Assembly: GCA_038043285.1 (NCBI GenBank)
Contig: JBBTCJ010000022.1
Location: 15,539-79,538 of the forward strand
Reading direction: 5' to 3'
DNA: 64,000 bases
Source of the DNA: Planctomycetota bacterium
GTDB lineage: Bacteria; Planctomycetota; Phycisphaerae; UBA1845
The notes below the pieces were generated by a model that was not told the DNA's origin, ran no database searches, and was given only the letters and a program-made list of their open reading frames with translations. The position numbers were made by a program, and so were the translations under genes. Below are positions 58,073 through 64,000 of this stretch, piece by piece; the first letter of the stretch is position 1, and every line of letters begins with the position of its first letter.

Positions 58073-58609
58073 TTGCGTGCACGGCTCCATTTCGCATGGT
58101 ATCGTGCATCCACCGTGTCCGAGCCACTCGCGTTTCTTATCACCTTTCGCACCTACGGCTCTTGGCTCCATGGCGATCCACGAGGGTCGGTGGACAACGA
58201 CCACAACATCTTCGACACTCCCATGCTCGATCCCAAATCGTCTTTGTCGGTTGCGGAGAGCAACCGGCTCCGACACCCGCCTGTCGCCCTGACCGAAGCC
58301 CATCGTTCGGTGGTCGCGGACGCGATTCGTCGAGTCTGTGACGAGCGTCATTGGACGCTCTCGGCTCTGAATGTCCGAAGCAACCACATCCACGCGGTAG
58401 TCTCCGCCCCCGACTCTCCGGAACGCGTCATGCACGCCCTGAAGTCGTTTGCCACGCGCGCCCTGCGTGAATCAGGCCTGGCCGCTGCGGGCACTCGTCT
58501 CTGGTCGCGGCATGGGAGTACACGCTATCTATGGGAACCCCGCGAGCTGGAAGGAGCCAACTTCTACGTCGTAGAAAGCCAAGGCCCGGACCGCAGGGGC
58601 GAACTCTGA
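58073..58609 (+). mobile_element. REP-associated tyrosine transposase (RAYT; IS200/IS605-like Y1 HUH transposase)
   Basis: The sequence 'FLITFRTYGSWLHGD', the HUH motif 'SNHIHAVV' and the candidate catalytic-Tyr segment 'GSTRYLW' (its assignment as the catalytic Tyr is an inference) support the call. The start is uncertain (TTG at 58073 or GTG at 58115). Confidence 0.8.
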
Positions 58610-58639
58610 GTTGCGACCTTTCTCGACCGCTCCCCGATC

Positions 58640-58770
58640 TGAACCGCGACCGTTCTGGGATGCCCTCCGATCTGAACCGCGACAGATATGGAGCGGTCCG
58701 CCTGTTCCCTGGATCGCCGACCGATGACTGCGTGCGCGTCTGACCGCTTATTGCATGCGCGGTTCTGATC
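58640..58770 (+). repeat. Right copy of the RAYT-flanking direct repeat
   Basis: See the left copy at 57909-58056. The orientation is the same. Confidence 0.85.
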
Positions 58771-58849
58771 GGCACTCGATGCCCGCCGGTCGATGACCGG
58801 ATCCCAGCAAGGGTTTCAGTCAGCAACGTCAAACTGTGGGGTACCGCGG

Positions 58850-60814
58850 TCACGTTCTTTTGAACTGCCGGTTGAGGTCGGCCTTGGTGAGTCGCAGCAT
58901 CGTGGGTCGGCCATGCGGGCAGGCGCTGGGCTTGTCGAGCAGGTGCCGCTTGGCCATCAGCGATTCGATCTCCTCCGGGCGGAGCACGTCGCCGGCCTTG
59001 ACCGCCGCCTTGCAGGCCATCATGTCCAGCACCTTGTGAATGACGACCTCCGGCTGAGCGGGACGACCGGGCGAAGGCAGCGTCGCGCCGTGTTCCGGTT
59101 GCTGCGCAAGCAGGTCCAGCAAGTCACCCATGAATGCGGCGACGTCCGTATCGCGGACCACGGAGGGGAAGGTGTGGACGGCGATCGAATCCGCGCCGAA
59201 CGGCGTGGCCTCGATGCCCAGCCGGGCGAGCAGGTCGGCATGGGCGTCGAGCAAACCCAGTTGCGCCGGCGTCACGCGAAGGCTCTCCGGAAGGAGCAGC
59301 CGTTGAGACTCCAGCGGGCCTTTCGTGATGCGGTCGCGGAGTTGCTCGTACATCACCCGCTCGTGAAGGGCATGTTGGTCGATGATGATGATCCCCTCGT
59401 CGGTCTCGGCCACGAGATAGAGGTTGTGCATCTGGACGGCCGTCGAGCGAAGAGCATCCGCCGTCGCGGTCAAGGCTTCCAAGCCCAACGGGGCCGCATC
59501 GAACCGCCCGGGCGGCGGCGATGACGCGGCGGAAAGCAAGGACGGCTCGGCGTGCCGTGGTTCATCGGGCGGTGCGTAGAGCGGCCGCCAGGCTTCGCCG
59601 ATTCCCAGCGGAGTCGAGGTCGACGATCGAGGCTCGCCGAAGCGCGGGTGATCCGACTGCCCATACCCGCCCCCCCGACCTTCCACCGGTGGCGCGGTGG
59701 CGAGGCGTCCGACGGGATGGGCGTCCATGACCGACGCGGCGAACTCCCGCCGCATCCGGTCGCGCTCCTCCTCGCTGACGATCGGGGGAGAAGCGCCGGT
59801 CCGTAATCTCGGCGTCAGATCGCAGCGCTGGAAGGTCTCACGCAGGGCGCTGAGCACTTGCGAGTGGATCAGGCCCGAATCGGCCCAGCGGACCTCGACC
59901 TTGGTCGGATGGACGTTGACGTCCACCTCCGCGGGATCAATCGAAATAAACACGAAGACCACGCCGTGCCGGGAAGGCTCGACCAGCCCGCGATAGGCCT
60001 CGCGGATGGCGTGTTGGATGAAGCGATCGCGCACGAATCGCCCGTTGACGAAGGCGTATTGCCACTGGGTCGTGGCGCGAGACTGAGCGGGCGGGGCCGC
60101 GAAAATGTCCAGCTCCACGCCGCGTTCGTTTCGTTGCACGTGCAGCAGGGCGGAGGCGAGTTCGACGCCGAAAAACTTCCCCAGTCGTTCGATGCGCTGC
60201 GCGCACGCGGGCAGGTTCTGGCTGACGCGCCCGTTGTTGTGGAGTTCAAAGGCGATTCGCGGGTGGGCCAGCGCGATCCGGGAGAATTGTTCGCTGACGT
60301 GACCCATTTCAGTGGGTCCGCCGCGGAGAAACTTTCGCCGAGCCGGAACGTTGAAGAACAGTTCGCGGACTTCGACGGCCGTTCCTTCCGGACAACCGGC
60401 CGCCTGCGCGGATTCGAGCTGGTCGCCGGCGATGCGAATCTCCTGACCCTCTACCGTGCCGCGCGGGCGGGAGACCATCCGCAGGTGGGAGACCGCCGCG
60501 ATGCTGGCCAATGCCTCCCCGCGAAAGCCCATCGTCGAGATGCGGTAGAGATCGTCCTCGCAGGCAAGCTTGCTGGTGGCGTGGGGAGTGACCGCCAATC
60601 GCAGGTCCTCGGCCGACATTCCCAGCCCGTCGTCGGTGACGCGGATCAATCGACGTCCGCCTTCCTCCACGGCCAGGACGATGCGCCCGGCCCCGGCGTC
60701 GAGGGAGTTTTCCAGGAGTTCCTTGACCACGCTGGCGGGGCGTTCGATGACCTCGCCCGCGGCGATCTTGTTGACCAGCAGGTCGGGCAGGATTCGGATT
60801 CGCGGCTGAGTCAT
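58850..60814 (-). CDS. mutL: DNA mismatch repair protein MutL
   Basis: Starting at the ATG at 60814: 'IRILPDLLVNKIAAGEVIERPASVVKELLENSLDAG', 'DDGLGM' and the C-terminal 'CPHGRPT'. Confidence 0.95.
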   Translation of the reverse strand: MTQPRIRILPDLLVNKIAAGEVIERPASVVKELLENSLDAGAGRIVLAVEEGGRRLIRVTDDGLGMSAEDLRLAVTPHATSKLACEDDLYRISTMGFRGEALASIAAVSHLRMVSRPRGTVEGQEIRIAGDQLESAQAAGCPEGTAVEVRELFFNVPARRKFLRGGPTEMGHVSEQFSRIALAHPRIAFELHNNGRVSQNLPACAQRIERLGKFFGVELASALLHVQRNERGVELDIFAAPPAQSRATTQWQYAFVNGRFVRDRFIQHAIREAYRGLVEPSRHGVVFVFISIDPAEVDVNVHPTKVEVRWADSGLIHSQVLSALRETFQRCDLTPRLRTGASPPIVSEEERDRMRREFAASVMDAHPVGRLATAPPVEGRGGGYGQSDHPRFGEPRSSTSTPLGIGEAWRPLYAPPDEPRHAEPSLLSAASSPPPGRFDAAPLGLEALTATADALRSTAVQMHNLYLVAETDEGIIIIDQHALHERVMYEQLRDRITKGPLESQRLLLPESLRVTPAQLGLLDAHADLLARLGIEATPFGADSIAVHTFPSVVRDTDVAAFMGDLLDLLAQQPEHGATLPSPGRPAQPEVVIHKVLDMMACKAAVKAGDVLRPEEIESLMAKRHLLDKPSACPHGRPTMLRLTKADLNRQFKRT

Positions 60815-61151
60815 GGATCGGTTACGAATCGTTTCGCAAGCCCAAGGCGACCGACCCCGAGCCGCAGGCTTTACCCCCGCGCGACTTCCCGGCATGCGGT
60901 ATTCTTGGGAACCATCGGTCGTGGCCGCGCGAGCCTCGTCCGCGCCGCCGGCGGACCGAGTATAGTCCGCGCCGTAGCGAGGGGCAAAGCGTGCGGCCTT
61001 CCCGACGGATCCATGGCCATCCTCCCCACCCAGCCGTCACCCACAATGGCCCGAAAAACCGGCTCCCCTTGCATCCCGACGAAGGGACATGCAAGGGGAG
61101 CGGTGAATCCTGGTCAAGGTGATGGCAGCGGATCTTTCCGCGCCGCGGCGG

Positions 61152-62495
61152 TCATCCGCCGCTCAGCGCGGCGATGACGGACTCGGCCACCGAGAGCGCG
61201 GCGTCGGCGTACTCCGCGTTGTGCACCCCGCGCGACCCGTCGGCGTTGACGAACTGATAGTCAAACTTGGCGGTCGCCAGGCTCGCCTGATCGGCCTCGC
61301 TCAACGTGGTCGCGTCGATGTACGACGCATTCGTCGAATCGAAGTAGGGCGCCAGGGCCGCCAGCCGGGCGTCCATGTCGGCTTGCACCTCCGTCCGCTT
61401 TCCGTCGGCAACGTCTTCCGTTCCGTGGCATTGCAGGCAGCCGGTGTATTGGGAGGCCTGGTGCTCGGAGGCGATCGACTCGTCGAACGGGTTGAAGGTG
61501 TGCCCGGTGACGTTGGGCGTCGCCTCCGTGGGATCGTCGAACTCGTGCTGCACCACGTGGCACTGAGCGCAGGCCTGTCCACCCTCGGCCGCCAGTGACG
61601 AGTGCGGGCTGAACGGAACCGTCAAGGGCGAGGCGTCGGCGGCGAACGCGCCGGCGCCGGTCAGCATTTCGATCTGCGGATGGTGCGGCGAGTCGCCGAT
61701 GGTCGCTTCCTCCTGGGTATGGCATTCACCGCAGAGGTCGGCGATCGGCGCGTTCAACTGTGCTTCCTGACCCGTTCCTCCGTGAGGATCATGGCAGGTC
61801 GCGCATTCGATGGACAGGGTCGCGGTCAGAATGGTTGGCACTACGATGTCATCATCGCCGTCCTCCTGCTCCTCAACGGCGAAGCGATAATCCTGCGAAT
61901 GGCACTCCAGACATGAATCCTGCGCAAACGCACTGGACTGCAGCCCCGCAAGCGCCGTGCCATGCTTGGACAACTGCCATTCGTCATAAGTCGGATGATG
62001 CACGTCGGTGTGGCACGAGCCGCACTTGGCCGCCGACATGTCGATCGTCGGGCGCACCAACTCGTCGCCCGGATTACGCGAATGGTCGCCCGCGGGTCCG
62101 TGGCAGTTCTCGCATTGCACGCCGGCAAGCTCCGGCGTCGTCACCTCATCGACGAAGCCGTCGGTCTCGCCAAACCCTACGGTGTGGCAAGGCAGGCACG
62201 CGGCGTTTTCGCCCTGACCGATGGCCTTCAGCGCCTCGAGCGCCTCGGCGTGGGCAGTCGTCACCCAATCGGTGTGCGTGCCGCCATGACAGTCGCTGCA
62301 CGTCTCCGCGCCGACGTACGCCTTCTCCGCGGTTCCGCCGCCATCGTCACCGCCGCCGCCGTCGCCGCCTCCACCGTCACCGTCTCCGGACGACGGCGCC
62401 GGCGTACAGCTCGGGACAGAGAGAATCGTCGTGGCACCCCAGACCAGGGTCAGACACGCGCAAACCAACACCGAGACGTTGTAACGCGATCTCAT
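61152..62495 (-). CDS. Multihaem (9 x CXXCH) c-type cytochrome, probable lipoprotein
   Basis: The ATG at 62495 has a gaggagg SD. The haem motifs are CSDCH, CLPCH, CENCH, CGSCH, CLECH, CATCH, CGECH, CAQCH and CLQCH. A Gly/Asp linker follows 'SVPSC'. Confidence 0.9.
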   Translation of the reverse strand: MRSRYNVSVLVCACLTLVWGATTILSVPSCTPAPSSGDGDGGGGDGGGGDDGGGTAEKAYVGAETCSDCHGGTHTDWVTTAHAEALEALKAIGQGENAACLPCHTVGFGETDGFVDEVTTPELAGVQCENCHGPAGDHSRNPGDELVRPTIDMSAAKCGSCHTDVHHPTYDEWQLSKHGTALAGLQSSAFAQDSCLECHSQDYRFAVEEQEDGDDDIVVPTILTATLSIECATCHDPHGGTGQEAQLNAPIADLCGECHTQEEATIGDSPHHPQIEMLTGAGAFAADASPLTVPFSPHSSLAAEGGQACAQCHVVQHEFDDPTEATPNVTGHTFNPFDESIASEHQASQYTGCLQCHGTEDVADGKRTEVQADMDARLAALAPYFDSTNASYIDATTLSEADQASLATAKFDYQFVNADGSRGVHNAEYADAALSVAESVIAALSGG

Positions 62496-62882
62496 CAGTT
62501 CAACCTCCTCGTTTTCTTGCGAAACCTGGACATGACGTGGACATCGTGTCGTCCGATACGTGCGTGGACACCCATGCGGCAAGCAACGCACCGTGGCCTT
62601 GCCGCGCCAACGGAGACCACCTCTTCCCCACCCGAACATCGGCAGTTCGCCCTGCGAAAATCAAGGCCCACCACCGACGCTTGGGCGGCGTCCGATCGAC
62701 GGACGATGCAAGCTCGACCCATGCGACTTCTCATTCCTTAGAATTGGGAATGCGCGTCGCGTCCGTGCGTCAACAACGCACCGGGATCGCTCCAACTCGG
62801 ATTGGATCAGGTGACGAACGGGTGCCGCATCGAGTGATGGATCCGGCGCGCCATCGCAGAGAACCTTGACGTTTCCGCGCGA

Positions 62883-63674
62883 ATGGATACGGTGATCCGC
62901 GTCACGCTCTGCGGATCATTTCTTTCGGGCTTGGATCACGTGAGGAGAGCAGGTGCGGTCGGATCCGTGAGCCCGGATTGTGGGCGCCACGACCCTTCCT
63001 GGCGCGGGGTTGTCGGTCGCTGCAGGATGCCTCCCATGATCAGCGGGGACGGACTTTGCGGCGTCGACCGCGAGCAGCGGATCGTACTCTGGAACGCCGC
63101 CGCCCAGGCGCTACTGGGGTACTCGTTTCGCGAAGTTCGCGGACGCTTTTGCTACGAAATCCTCGGCGGCGCGGACGAGACCGGTTGTCGAGTCTGCCGT
63201 TACCGATGCGCCAACTTCTCCCACGCCCAGCGAAACGAGCCGATTCGGACAAAAGACCTGTTGGTGCGGGCCAAGTCGGGCAAGGCGCTGTGGTTGGCCG
63301 TCAGCACCATGCTGCCCCCCGACCCGCTCAACGGGAAGGCCGTCCTCATTCACCTGCTCCGTGACATCGACCGGCTCAAGACCTTCCAATTGGGCGTGGA
63401 ACACCTCGTGGAATGCGCCGGCTCCTCAGCGTGGAAGTCGTCGCAACCCCAAGGAGCGGAAGGCGACGGATCCGGTTCGACGGACGCGCTGACCCGGCGG
63501 GAGCGAGAAATCCTCGGTCTCCTGGCCTCGGGAACCTCGACGCGGCAGATCGCAGCCACCCTGGTCGTCAGCCCCGCGACGGTGCGCAACCACGTCAACA
63601 ACATCCTTGGGAAAATGCAGGTGCACAGCCGACTTGAAGCGGTCTCCATCGCGCTTCGCAACGGGTTGCTCTAG
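62883..63674 (+). CDS. PAS-LuxR transcriptional regulator with a 4-Cys motif in the PAS domain
   Basis: The C-terminus 'LTRREREILGLLASGTSTRQIAATLVVSPATVRNHVNNILGKM' is a LuxR HTH. The PAS-like N-terminus contains 'CYEILGGADETGCRVCRYRC'. The start could instead be the ATG at 63027. Confidence 0.8.
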   Translation: MDTVIRVTLCGSFLSGLDHVRRAGAVGSVSPDCGRHDPSWRGVVGRCRMPPMISGDGLCGVDREQRIVLWNAAAQALLGYSFREVRGRFCYEILGGADETGCRVCRYRCANFSHAQRNEPIRTKDLLVRAKSGKALWLAVSTMLPPDPLNGKAVLIHLLRDIDRLKTFQLGVEHLVECAGSSAWKSSQPQGAEGDGSGSTDALTRREREILGLLASGTSTRQIAATLVVSPATVRNHVNNILGKMQVHSRLEAVSIALRNGLL

Positions 63675-64000
63675 CTGATGCGCGCTCCACCGCGTCCTGG
63701 CGGCGCTCGCTTCGCGTGGGCCGATGCGGGCATGGCTTGAGTTCGCGCTGATCGATGCGTCCGAGCATCGGTCGGCTCCCCTTTACGCGAAGCGTCAATG
63801 GCAAGCCCAGGAGCCGGTCCGCGGGGGGGCCGTGGGGCTTTCCCCCCGCGGCCCTGAACAACACCCGGCGCCGTCCAAGGTACAGCAGATCAAGCCAGAA
63901 AATTAGACCAACTGACTCATGGTGCGGCCGATGGCCGCGACTACATTGCACCCCTTGCGCGAACCACGAAATTAGGCATCTCAACGCGGTTCGAGGGGGT

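Noticed and set aside
59858-61177. 439-aa ORF on the plus strand
   Set aside because: It lies antisense to mutL and the cytochrome gene tail.
62330-62400. gcc/gtc triplet-rich stretch considered as a microsatellite
   Set aside because: It encodes the Gly/Asp linker (GDGDGGGGDGGGGDDGGG) of the cytochrome lipoprotein. It is a low-complexity coding sequence, not a separate repeat element.

Overview
The window is 64 kb of high-GC bacterial chromosome, roughly two-thirds G+C in the stretches I hand-counted. Gene content suggests Planctomycetota or a close relative, but that is inference only. Supporting features are several FG-GAP/ASPIC(UnbV) proteins, dockerin-like DxDxD motifs, a Ser/Thr kinase with a TPR tail, many lipoproteins and PilZ receptors.

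Most of the window is housekeeping: dxr (5' partial), rseP, ispG, pntAA/pntAB/pntB, speB, tRNA-Ser(TGA), larC, ruvC, ilvC, dnaG-rpoD, mutL, cspA-like, a cbpA-like dnaJ and moxR. The high GC produces many long antisense shadow ORFs, which I rejected.

Observations that stand out:
1. A visibly AT-richer two-gene island at 13798-15995. It holds a Schlafen/AlbA_2-HATPase_c_4 protein translationally coupled to an orphan ParA-like ATPase, wedged between ispG and pntA. I consider it the best candidate for an undescribed defence or addiction module.
2. A same-strand run of four strongly SD-led lipoprotein genes at 8850-12160. It includes a protein with three LPP20/FlgP-like repeats and a CsgG-like protein with a TPR tail.
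3. A HUH/Y1 REP-associated transposase (RAYT) flanked by ~130-150 bp direct repeats. Its core motif CCGCGAC-N6-GGAGCGG recurs in other intergenic regions.
4. A second GC-rich palindromic element family that forms intergenic hairpins. It also sits in-frame inside a kinase catalytic core and inside a large FG-GAP protein.
5. A compact unit made of a consensus promoter, an SD, a 20-codon Lys-rich ORF and an intrinsic terminator.
6. A 9-haem cytochrome c divergent from a PAS-LuxR regulator that carries a 4-Cys motif.

I found no CRISPR array and no rRNA. All calls come from reading the sequence and recalling motifs. No database searches were run.
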